From assembly GCA_019429385.1 (NCBI GenBank), contig JAHYIS010000007.1:5909-69908 (forward strand): a DNA stretch of 64,000 nt, given 5' to 3'. Origin of the DNA: ANME-2 cluster archaeon. GTDB taxonomy: Archaea; Halobacteriota; Methanosarcinia; Methanosarcinales; Methanocomedenaceae. Positions 40,153-48,878 of this stretch are shown piece by piece (position 1 is the stretch's first letter; every line of letters starts with the position of its first letter). Under the pieces are notes generated by a model that was not told where the DNA came from, searched no databases, and saw only the letters and a program-made list of their open reading frames with translations. The position numbers were made by a program, and so were the translations under genes.

Positions 40153-40230
40153 TTCATACCGGATGATGAAAGAAACCCGGGTTCATATCGGGTGATGGAA
40201 GGAAAACCGGATTCATACCGGAAGATTGGG
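40153..40230. repeat. Intergenic 29-30-bp tandem repeat, about 2.6 units
   Basis: TTCATACCGGATGATGAAAGAAACCCGGG / TTCATATCGGGTGATGGAAGGAAAACCGGA / TTCATACCGGAAGATTGGG. It lies between the U32 start (40101) and the pepF stop (40303). Confidence 0.85.
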
Positions 40231-40302
40231 TCAGTATTTTTGGGAGGAGCGGATGAAACAGGATGGTCCTGATTCACCTGTTGTATTACCGGGAAATGGT
40301 TA

Positions 40303-42084
40303 TTATGTCCCTTGCACCAGCTTTTCTGCCTGTTCCAGCATCCCGTCAATAATTTCCAGCCCATCCTGCCAGAAACCCGGGTCATCGAGTCGTATCCCGA
40401 AACCCTCAAGCAATTTCACCGGTGTGTCCTTCCCGCCTGAGGCAAGCAGTTCCCGATATTTCGGAACGAATCCCTCTCCTTCTTCCATGAACTGTTTGTA
40501 CAGGGAAAGGACCAGTAATTCCCCGAATGCGTACGCATATACATAGCCCGGCGCCTCAAGGAAATGTGGGATATAACTCCACCACACATGATAATTCCCG
40601 GTGAGCGTGACCGTATCCCCGAACATCTCCTTCTGGGTATGTATCCACAATTCTCCGAACCGTTCTGAGGAGAGCTCACCAACATCGCGCCTCTCATTAT
40701 GGATGACATCCTCAAAGCGGTTCATGGCGACCTGACGGAACACCGTGGCAAATATCTGCTCAAGTTTATTCGTAAGCAAGGTCAATTTTTCATCCCTCGT
40801 CTTTGCCTTCTCCATCAGCGAGCGAAACACCAGCATCTCCCCGAAGACCGATGCCGTCTCTGCCATGGGAAGGGGTGTATGGCTGTTCAGGAATCCCTGG
40901 TGTTTACCAGCGAGATACTGGTGGACGCCATGGCCAAGCTCATGACCCATGGTTTCAACATCACGTTTATCTCCCAGGTAATTGAGCATAACATAGGGAT
41001 GGAGCTCGGGTATGCAGGGGTCAGAGAAGGCGCCTCCCCTCTTACCCGGCATAACGGGTGCATGTATCCAATTGCCGTCAAAGAATTGTTGGGCGATATC
41101 CTTCATTTCGGGGGAGAAATCGTGGTAAGCCTTGAGGACTATCTCCCTGGCTTCATTCCAGGGTACGGTCCTTTCAGGGGATGTGGGTAATGGCGCGTAC
41201 CTGTCGTAATCGAACAGCTCATCGTACCCGAGCAGGGCTTTTTTCAGACGGTAGTATCTCCGGGGGATGTCATACCTGGCTGTCACCGCATCCACCAGTG
41301 CCGTTACGATCGTTTCATCCAGTTCATTGTCAAGGTTCATGGAACTGATCCATTCAGGGTACTTCCTCAGCCTGTCCAGGATCATCTTGTCGGCCAGGAT
41401 GTTGTTGAATATGTGGGTCAGTATGTGAAGCTGTGAGGATAGTCCCTCTGTAAGTTCATCTGATGCCTGTTTTCTTATCTCCCTGTCAGGATTGTAAAGG
41501 TCTGAGAGGACTTCTTCTTCAGCGCGTCCTGTTTTCCCGAATTTCATCTGGGAGAGGACCTTTTCAAAGAGCTTGTTCCAGCTGCTCGTTCCGATCGGTG
41601 AGAGCTCTGCCAGGAGTTTCTCTTCAATTTCTGTTAGCTGGTGAGGACGATATTTCCTGAGCTTTTCAAGGTAGTGCCGGTATTTCCGGATCAACGGGTC
41701 ATCGAGAAATGTTCGGGCCTTGTCATCCTGCAGTGAAGCCCATTCCAGGTCAAAGAACAGTATCTCCTTCTGGACCCATGCGAAGATCTCCTGGACCTTC
41801 TGCAGGAATGCGCCTGCCCGGTCATCATCCGTGCGTGTGGTAAAATTGAGGTACGCGAATGTGCTGATGCGTACTGATCTTTGATAGATGTCTTCCATCT
41901 CGGTCACGGCATCGAGCAGTTCATTCGGGGAAATACCGTCGAGTTTTCCTTTATAGTGTGTTGAAAATGCTGTGACCCTTTTTTTGATAGAGTCGATGTC
42001 TGTTTCGATCTTTTCATCATTCTGGTCCTGATACAGGTGGGTAAGGTCCCACAGGATATCTTCGCTCCCCAGTTTATCTTTCAT
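40303..42084 (-). CDS. pepF: Oligoendopeptidase F (M3B family)
   Basis: HELGHGVH zinc motif and typical M3B length. ATG at 42084 (MKDKLGSEDILWDLTHLY) is preferred over the track start at 42180. Confidence 0.9.
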   Translation of the reverse strand: MKDKLGSEDILWDLTHLYQDQNDEKIETDIDSIKKRVTAFSTHYKGKLDGISPNELLDAVTEMEDIYQRSVRISTFAYLNFTTRTDDDRAGAFLQKVQEIFAWVQKEILFFDLEWASLQDDKARTFLDDPLIRKYRHYLEKLRKYRPHQLTEIEEKLLAELSPIGTSSWNKLFEKVLSQMKFGKTGRAEEEVLSDLYNPDREIRKQASDELTEGLSSQLHILTHIFNNILADKMILDRLRKYPEWISSMNLDNELDETIVTALVDAVTARYDIPRRYYRLKKALLGYDELFDYDRYAPLPTSPERTVPWNEAREIVLKAYHDFSPEMKDIAQQFFDGNWIHAPVMPGKRGGAFSDPCIPELHPYVMLNYLGDKRDVETMGHELGHGVHQYLAGKHQGFLNSHTPLPMAETASVFGEMLVFRSLMEKAKTRDEKLTLLTNKLEQIFATVFRQVAMNRFEDVIHNERRDVGELSSERFGELWIHTQKEMFGDTVTLTGNYHVWWSYIPHFLEAPGYVYAYAFGELLVLSLYKQFMEEGEGFVPKYRELLASGGKDTPVKLLEGFGIRLDDPGFWQDGLEIIDGMLEQAEKLVQGT

Positions 42085-42205
42085 GCTGAGTAGAATTGAA
42101 ATGAGGACTATTAATCTTATCGAGTGAGTACAGCCAGGACTGGAAATAAGTACGATTTCACGGCCGCCCGGATGGTGCATACATTCTGGTAGCTATCTCA
42201 GTAGC

Positions 42206-42273
42206 GGGGATAGGGGATAAGGGATAAGGGATAGGGATAGGGATAGGGATAGGGATAGGGATAGGGACAGGGA
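42206..42273. repeat. (GGGATA)n hexanucleotide microsatellite, about 11 units
   Basis: GGGGATA GGGGATAA GGGATAA (GGGATA)x6 GGGACA GGGAA. It lies in the divergent intergenic region between pepF and the Yip1-domain gene. Confidence 0.95.
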
Positions 42274-42440
42274 ATTCTCGGATGGTGATACAGTTGACGC
42301 AGGACACAGCTTGATCCCTCCCCTATGATAATCATTGATACATGGTCGGGAAAAGACCGGCACTTGTAACAATATTTAAATAATCATTATCTCATCATAA
42401 GAAATGAAAGCAGTGATAGTCTTAAACAGGAGTGGAATTG

Positions 42441-43706
42441 ATGAGTAAAATGATTGATGATTTCAAGAATACATGGTTACTTATAATCCGATCGCCTGAG
42501 GATTTTTTTGCGCAGATGCCTGCAAAAGGTGGTTATACAGACCCGGTTAAATTTGCAGCTATCAATTACCTGATAGCGGGCTTAAGCTCGATGATAATAC
42601 ATTCTCTTTTTTTTTACTTGGTTACGGCCTTGACCGGAAACTTAACTCTAGATTTTATTTCACTGGCAATGGGTTCGGCGCGTTTTTTCATGATAGTTAT
42701 TATTTGCTTCATGGGTCTTTTTATTGGTGGGGGTATTCTCCATATCTTTTTTAGAGTATCAGGAGGAACAGGTACCTATGAAAGTACGGTCCGGATTATT
42801 GCGTATTCAAGTGCAGCTATGGCATTTGGTGGTATTCCGTTCGTGGCCATCCTTGCAGGTCTCTACCTGATATACCTCGTTGTAGTAGGTGGCACCCAGG
42901 TCCATAAGGTTACCCCGGTGAGCTCTGTGATCGCAGTTTTGATAACCGGTGTGGTCTTTTCAGTCCTTTTGATAATGCTTGTTGTTGGAATTGCTTTCTT
43001 CCTGTACAGTTCAGGTGGATTGTACGGTAATTCATCGGTCATGAGCCAGTACGATTATCGGATCGCTTTGAACACGGATTCAACACTGGAAAACCTGACG
43101 TTCTACCTGCCACTTCCCGTATCCATGAACGTGTCGAGAATGGGTGAGGAGGCAATGATCCAAAATACGGGAAACCCTGGCTGGGAACTCAGCATGATAG
43201 GGACCGGGCATGGAACCATGTTGGAGTTAACTGCAAACGAGCTTGAACCTGAATTACATCAGTTGTTCGAGGTAAAGCCACCTCTTCCGGGTCAAACAGG
43301 GGACAGACCTGCCGGAGAGGTTGCTTCGTTTACAAGAGGAACGATAGAGATTTCTGTTTCGATGGAGGCAGATTCTCTTATCTACACACAGGACGCTGCT
43401 GGCAAGGAACCTGTCCTCTCCCCGAAATATAATATGGAACTGTCTGATTATAATGCACCGTATCCTTCAGGCGGGATTCCTCCGAACACATGGAATTATG
43501 ACAGTTTCATCTATGCGGATTATTCAGCCGCTCCAAACGCCAATGTTGAAATTTGCATAACGATGGAGGGACATAATGAATGGTGGACTGGCGGCTGGAC
43601 GTATAATGGATACAGGGATAGTATATGCACTACCATCACGGGAGAACAGCATGGCTGGATTCCTGTTACGGGACAGCTTGTCGAGAGGGAAGGGCATTAC
43701 GACTGA
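42441..43706 (+). CDS. Yip1-domain membrane protein with a soluble C-terminal domain
   Basis: The N-terminal half has 5 TM helices with a Yip1-like pattern (DFFAQMPAKGGYTDPVKFAAINYLI...). ATG at 42441 is preceded by AGGAGTG. Confidence 0.6.
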   Translation: MSKMIDDFKNTWLLIIRSPEDFFAQMPAKGGYTDPVKFAAINYLIAGLSSMIIHSLFFYLVTALTGNLTLDFISLAMGSARFFMIVIICFMGLFIGGGILHIFFRVSGGTGTYESTVRIIAYSSAAMAFGGIPFVAILAGLYLIYLVVVGGTQVHKVTPVSSVIAVLITGVVFSVLLIMLVVGIAFFLYSSGGLYGNSSVMSQYDYRIALNTDSTLENLTFYLPLPVSMNVSRMGEEAMIQNTGNPGWELSMIGTGHGTMLELTANELEPELHQLFEVKPPLPGQTGDRPAGEVASFTRGTIEISVSMEADSLIYTQDAAGKEPVLSPKYNMELSDYNAPYPSGGIPPNTWNYDSFIYADYSAAPNANVEICITMEGHNEWWTGGWTYNGYRDSICTTITGEQHGWIPVTGQLVEREGHYD

Positions 43707-44128
43707 TGGTATTGGAAGGAGTGGGGGGGAGTTGCAAATCGGTTGAATTGGAATAATAACCGTTGACAACCCGCGATTATTCGAAAAGGACTGTGCTTCA
43801 GGATCAATGTTACAAGAAAATCCTCCCTGCGGTCGGATTAACTTGAGTACAAAAAGAAGACCGTTTCAATTCGTGTTGGTGAATATAATAAAACCACGGA
43901 TGAACGCAGATTTTCAGGCAGCGTATCCGCGTTCATTTGCGTTCATCTGCGGTTAATTTGAAAGCACCAACATGTAATGTAACGACCTCACAAAAAGGTA
44001 TACGTTATGTACTAAAATAAAACATTCAATTCAATTTAATTTTTATTGAAAAATACAGAGGAACAATTTTATATGTGAGGATGGCATCTCAATATTTCCA
44101 TATCCCCCCATACAACGGAGACCCACAC

Positions 44129-45361
44129 ATGATGATCCAGAAACCCAGAGGAACCAGGGACTTCCTCCCAGACGAGAACCGCAAGCGCAGATACATTGAA
44201 ACCAAACTCCGCCAAACCGCCAAACGGTGGGGCTACAACGAAATCAAGACCCCCACCTTCGAGCAGATAGAATTATTCACGGTCAAATCTGGTGAAGGCA
44301 TCCTGGGTGAGCTCTACAATTTCAAGGACAAAGGCGACCGTGAGATGGCACTTCGTCCCGAACTTACCGCACCTGTGGTCAGGATGTACGTCAATGAACT
44401 CCAGCGCGCACCAAAACCCGTCAAACTTTATTATTTTGATAACTGCTTCAGGTACGAGCGGCCCCAAAAGGGGAGGTTCAGGGAATTCTGGCAATTCGGC
44501 GCCGAGCTCATAGGAAGCCCCAGGCCAGAGGCTGATGCAGAAGTCATATCCCTGGCCTGCCGGATGCTCAAAGATGCGGGCGTGGACGGCGAGCTCAATG
44601 TCGGGCACCTTGGCATTATCAGGACCCTGTTCACCGGACTGGATGCAACGACCCAGGGCCAGATCATGCGGCTCGTTGATAAAAAGGACGATAATGGCCT
44701 GGAAGATTACCTGGAAGCCATCAACGCCGATATCGGGATGCGGGAGAAACTCTTCGAACTCATAGGCCTGACCGGCAGCGGTGCCGTGGAAGAGGCAAAA
44801 CGGCTGCTGGGCAATATCGAGGAACTGGATACTTTCCAGAGGCTACTGGACCTGCTTGATATCCACGGCCTGGACTATACCGTCAATTTCGGCATTGCCA
44901 GGGGACTTGACTACTATACCGGCATGGTCTTTGAGATTTACAGCAGCGGCCTTGGAGCACAGAACCAGGTATGCGGCGGCGGGTCTTACCGGCTCGCACA
45001 CCTGTTCGGGGGCAAGGACATTGAATCCACCGGGTTTGCGCTCGGATTTGACAGGGTCATGGAAGTATGTACCGTCCAGCCTCCCGAGGAGAAAAGGGTT
45101 GTCGTGGTCTGCTTTGATGAGACCCGCAAGGAAGGCATGAAAATCGCCCGGACCCTGCGCCAACACATGATAGTTGATATCGATGTCATGGGCAGGAGTT
45201 TTGCAGCCCAGCTGAAATTTGCCAATAATGTACATGCCGGATGGGCTGTTATCATTGGCGAAGATGAAGTCGCAAAGGGTAAGGTGACCCTGAAAAATAT
45301 GGGCTCCGGGAACCAGGAAATACTGGACCCTGATGAACTGGTGAGACGACTTACATCGTAA
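44129..45361 (+). CDS. hisS: Histidyl-tRNA synthetase
   Basis: MMIQKPRGTRDFLP..., motif 2 FRYERPQKGRFREFWQ, motif 3 GGGSYRL. The track start (GTG 44075) is probably too long. Confidence 0.95.
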   Translation: MMIQKPRGTRDFLPDENRKRRYIETKLRQTAKRWGYNEIKTPTFEQIELFTVKSGEGILGELYNFKDKGDREMALRPELTAPVVRMYVNELQRAPKPVKLYYFDNCFRYERPQKGRFREFWQFGAELIGSPRPEADAEVISLACRMLKDAGVDGELNVGHLGIIRTLFTGLDATTQGQIMRLVDKKDDNGLEDYLEAINADIGMREKLFELIGLTGSGAVEEAKRLLGNIEELDTFQRLLDLLDIHGLDYTVNFGIARGLDYYTGMVFEIYSSGLGAQNQVCGGGSYRLAHLFGGKDIESTGFALGFDRVMEVCTVQPPEEKRVVVVCFDETRKEGMKIARTLRQHMIVDIDVMGRSFAAQLKFANNVHAGWAVIIGEDEVAKGKVTLKNMGSGNQEILDPDELVRRLTS

Positions 45362-45382
45362 CCTTACAGGATAATTGAACAA

Positions 45383-46081
45383 TTACTGAATAAGATCCAG
45401 GGGCAGTGCACCGCTATGTACCGCAGTGGCCACCAGGACACCTTCCAGTCCAACATCCCTCAATAGATTGATATCATCCTTGCCCCTGACACCACCGCCA
45501 AGCAGGATGTTATGGTCGCTGTGGTCCACCATCTGCTCCAGGAAACCGGTGTTGATACCACTGGATGTACCCACCTTGCTCAATTCCAGTATTATCAGGT
45601 CATTGATGTCATAATTGTTCAACATCTGTATCAGTTCGAGAGGTGGCAGATTGAATGCCGGTTCACGGGTCAATATCCGGCCCCCCTTGATATCGATGCT
45701 CATATTAATGGACCTGGGATAAAAACCCGTAGCACTCTCAAGCAATTCATGAGTGGCGGTTTCCGTGCCAAGCACAATGGAATCAGCCAGCTGGTGACCA
45801 AGATGGACATCATCCAGGGAAGATGCACCAAGGTCGAGCATGGTCTTGCTCTTCCAGCCTATCTGTTTTACGACCTCGTCATTGTTCCCGCGGTTGCCCA
45901 GCCGGTTCAGGTCAGCAATATAGACCTCGCCGGGCACCAGTTCATTTATAATATCGAGGGGGTCTGATGATTCACAGACTTTGCTAAAAGTATGGATGGG
46001 GCCGTAATTTTCCCGTTCTCCTTTAACGGCATGCACGACCTGCCCGTCCAGAATGTCAAGTACGAATATTACGCGAAACAT
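45383..46081 (-). CDS. HisA/HisF-family TIM-barrel protein (paralogue; function not assignable here)
   Basis: 232 aa. IFVLDILDGQVVHAVKGER... and ...LLGGGVRGKDDINLL... resemble the HisA/HisF phosphate-binding motifs. Confidence 0.7.
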   Translation of the reverse strand: MFRVIFVLDILDGQVVHAVKGERENYGPIHTFSKVCESSDPLDIINELVPGEVYIADLNRLGNRGNNDEVVKQIGWKSKTMLDLGASSLDDVHLGHQLADSIVLGTETATHELLESATGFYPRSINMSIDIKGGRILTREPAFNLPPLELIQMLNNYDINDLIILELSKVGTSSGINTGFLEQMVDHSDHNILLGGGVRGKDDINLLRDVGLEGVLVATAVHSGALPLDLIQ

Positions 46082-46251
46082 GAATATTGATTTAAATTTT
46101 GGTGTTGAAGTTTATTATGCCGATACTCACTGCCATTAAGGTTTTTTGTAATATATAAAGTATGACATAATGAATCCAGGGTGGTCAAAATAACAACATA
46201 TATATTACGATAGCGCAGTAACACATTTCAAGGATATAGAGGTAATAGAAC

Positions 46252-46953
46252 ATGAAACTACTGGTCAGCCCCATCAATATTGAAGAAGCAAAAGCTGCAG
46301 CTAACGGAGGGGCAGATATCATCGATGTCAAGAACCCGAAAGAAGGTAGTCTGGGCGCTAACTTCCCCTGGGTCATCAGGTCAGTGAAAGAGGCCTTGAA
46401 CTCGATAAGACCCATCAGTGCCACCATCGGTGACCTGAATTATAAACCCGGAACCGCATCCCTTGCAGCTCTTGGTGCCGCAGTGTCCGGCGCAGATTAC
46501 ATCAAAGTAGGATTATACGACATCCAGACCAGGGAACAGGCTTTAGACATGGCCGAGAACGTGGTAAGGTCAGTAAAAGACTATGATCCGGCAAAGAAAG
46601 TGGTCATATCCGGCTATTCTGATTATAAACGTATCAATTCCATACCTGTCAGTGAACTGCCTTCTATCTGTGCACAAAGTGGCGCAGATGTGGTCATGAT
46701 GGATACGGGTATCAAGGACGGACGCTCTACCTTTGAGTTCATGACCCATGATGAACTGTCCGCTTTCATTCATTCGGCACATGACCTTGGGATTGAAACC
46801 GCGATCGCTGGCACCATAAAATTCGAGGATATGGATGCCCTGAACCAGCTCGGTCCTGACATCATCGGAGTGCGGGGATGCGTGTGCGGAGGCGACCGTA
46901 CGTCTTCTATCCAGCAGGGCCTGGTGGAAGAACTCAAGGCCATAATGGCATAA
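46252..46953 (+). CDS. mfnB: (5-formylfuran-3-yl)methyl phosphate synthase (methanofuran biosynthesis, MfnB/DUF556)
   Basis: MKLLVSPINIEEAKAAANGGADIIDVKNPKEGSLGANFPWVI is the conserved MfnB N-terminus. 233 aa. Confidence 0.85.
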   Translation: MKLLVSPINIEEAKAAANGGADIIDVKNPKEGSLGANFPWVIRSVKEALNSIRPISATIGDLNYKPGTASLAALGAAVSGADYIKVGLYDIQTREQALDMAENVVRSVKDYDPAKKVVISGYSDYKRINSIPVSELPSICAQSGADVVMMDTGIKDGRSTFEFMTHDELSAFIHSAHDLGIETAIAGTIKFEDMDALNQLGPDIIGVRGCVCGGDRTSSIQQGLVEELKAIMA

Positions 46954-46972
46954 CAGAATCCTGTGGTTCCAA

Positions 46973-48799
46973 CTACAAATTATTTTTAGACTGTATGCCC
47001 AGTTCAACAAGCAGGGATTCAGGTACCATTCCTTCTTGTGTAAAACCCGCTGCATCGTAGTATTCATCCAGCATGGCATCCAGTTCTGCGCCCGTTACAG
47101 GCTGTTCTCCCTGTGTGGTCACCCGTGCGGGCAGGGTATCATGTCTCCTGTCAAAACCTTCCCTGTTATTGAAAGCCCGTGTCAGCACAGCTACCCGCCT
47201 GCCTAACAGATCGAACTCGCTCCGGTCCATAGTAAACCCGGTGGCTGCCGCAAAGAGTTCATGGAGCTCGTCCAGGCCGGCAGCATAGGTGATGAACTTG
47301 CAGATACCAGCTGAATCATAGATGGCATTACGCTGCTGACCGTCCCAGACCATCTTGCCTTTACCTGCCGTTACCATAGGGTCAAGCCGCCCGCCCCTGC
47401 CAAGCACTTCTTTTCCATAGGTCCAGGGACGCAGGTGACAGGCGCCGCGGTCCGATACAGCGTATGCCAGGGCCTGCCCTTTGGCGGTCCGGGGCAGGTA
47501 TGCAGGGATCTCCAACCCTTTGACGTTCATTGCGAAATCAACTGAACCCTGCCCGATACCAAGAGCCGCATCCCTGGTACCATGGGCTGCAAAAGCCAGC
47601 GGACCGTCACCTCTGCCCATCATATGGATAGCCTCGATCAGCGCATCACTATTCCCGAACATCAACTCCAGTCCGCCGGTATCCTCTTTCCTGATCAGGC
47701 CCCGTTCATAGCATTCCATCAAGAAAGCGATGGTACTGCCAGTACTCATGCTGTCCAGCCCGTATGTATCACAAAGATGCTCTGCTGCTGTTACCACTAC
47801 CGGGTCATCGATACCGCAGTTGGAACCCAGCAGGGTGATCGACTCGAATTCCGGGCCGTCATGTGTCAGACCGCGATATTGTCCTTCCTGCACCACTGCC
47901 AGGTGGCTGCACTGTATGGCACAGCCCGGGCAGGGACGGCGCCGGGCTCCTCCATCCCACAACTGGTCTTTGATTGCGAACCCATCCAGCCGTTCACACA
48001 GAACGTCATCCCGTCCACTCGTGTAGTTTCGCGTGCTCCAACCTCCGGTCTCGTTCACCACTTCAACCAGTTCAGCCGTGCCCATCTTTCTGAGATTACC
48101 CACACCGCTGCTGTTCCTGACCTTACCGTTTATCCTCTCCCTCACTGACCTGAAAGTGACAGGGTCGGAAGGTTCATAGTTCCCGTGCCCGGTGACCACA
48201 ACTGCTTTCAAGCGCTTGCTGCCCATGACCGCACCCAATCCCCCGCGAGCAGCTGTGCGGTTCTCTGCAAATACCCCAGCCAGTTTTGCCATGCGCTCCC
48301 CTGCGGGTCCGATGCTCAACACCCTGGCCTCGCGGTCAGGAGAATGACGTGCTTTCAACTCTGCCTGGACCGCAAAAGTATCCATACCCCACAGGTCGGT
48401 AGCATCCAGTATCTCCACCCGGTCATCAATGATATTGATATATACAGGCGACTGCGACCTGCCCATGATGAGCAGCCCCATGTACCCTGCATACCGCAAC
48501 TCAGGCCCCCACCAGCCATTGCAGTGACTGTCGTTCCAGGTGCCTGTGAGCGGGCTTTTGGCACACACCGAAAAGTTGACGCCGTTTGTCACGGGAGCGC
48601 CCGTCAGGGGGCCGTTCATGATAGCCAGCAGGTTATCGGGTGACAGGGCATCGCAACCGGGCGGGTTCTCATTGTAGAGATAGTGGGCTGCCAGGCCCTT
48701 ACCGCCCATGAACGTGCGGAGCAGTGTCCGGGGGATAGGTTCTCTGTTTGTTTTACCTGAATCCAGGTCGATGCGCAGGAGATTGTCGGGGTGGTTCAT
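46973..48799 (-). CDS. aor: Aldehyde:ferredoxin oxidoreductase family (tungstopterin enzyme)
   Basis: N-terminal LLRIDLDSGKT..., mid-protein Cys cluster region (PCPGCAIQC) and typical ~600-aa length. ATG at 48799 is preferred. Confidence 0.9.
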   Translation of the reverse strand: MNHPDNLLRIDLDSGKTNREPIPRTLLRTFMGGKGLAAHYLYNENPPGCDALSPDNLLAIMNGPLTGAPVTNGVNFSVCAKSPLTGTWNDSHCNGWWGPELRYAGYMGLLIMGRSQSPVYINIIDDRVEILDATDLWGMDTFAVQAELKARHSPDREARVLSIGPAGERMAKLAGVFAENRTAARGGLGAVMGSKRLKAVVVTGHGNYEPSDPVTFRSVRERINGKVRNSSGVGNLRKMGTAELVEVVNETGGWSTRNYTSGRDDVLCERLDGFAIKDQLWDGGARRRPCPGCAIQCSHLAVVQEGQYRGLTHDGPEFESITLLGSNCGIDDPVVVTAAEHLCDTYGLDSMSTGSTIAFLMECYERGLIRKEDTGGLELMFGNSDALIEAIHMMGRGDGPLAFAAHGTRDAALGIGQGSVDFAMNVKGLEIPAYLPRTAKGQALAYAVSDRGACHLRPWTYGKEVLGRGGRLDPMVTAGKGKMVWDGQQRNAIYDSAGICKFITYAAGLDELHELFAAATGFTMDRSEFDLLGRRVAVLTRAFNNREGFDRRHDTLPARVTTQGEQPVTGAELDAMLDEYYDAAGFTQEGMVPESLLVELGIQSKNNL

Positions 48800-48878
48800 G
48801 ATTATAGTCTCACCGTAAGATATTTGTTTATAAACCATATAGTATAATTAACGAGCTAATACTTTTGGAGTGAATAGC

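Noticed and set aside
39975-40409. 144-aa minus-strand ORF spanning the U32/pepF spacer
   Set aside because: It overlaps the U32 N-terminus and the pepF C-terminus. Its only distinctive sequence is the translated 29-30-bp tandem repeat.
43706-43770. The G-rich stretch GGAGTGGGGGGGAGTTGCAAATCGG considered as a solo fragment of the cassette-array repeat (m3)
   Set aside because: It shares only a short G-run plus GTTGCAA with copy A. That is too little to distinguish from chance without an alignment score.
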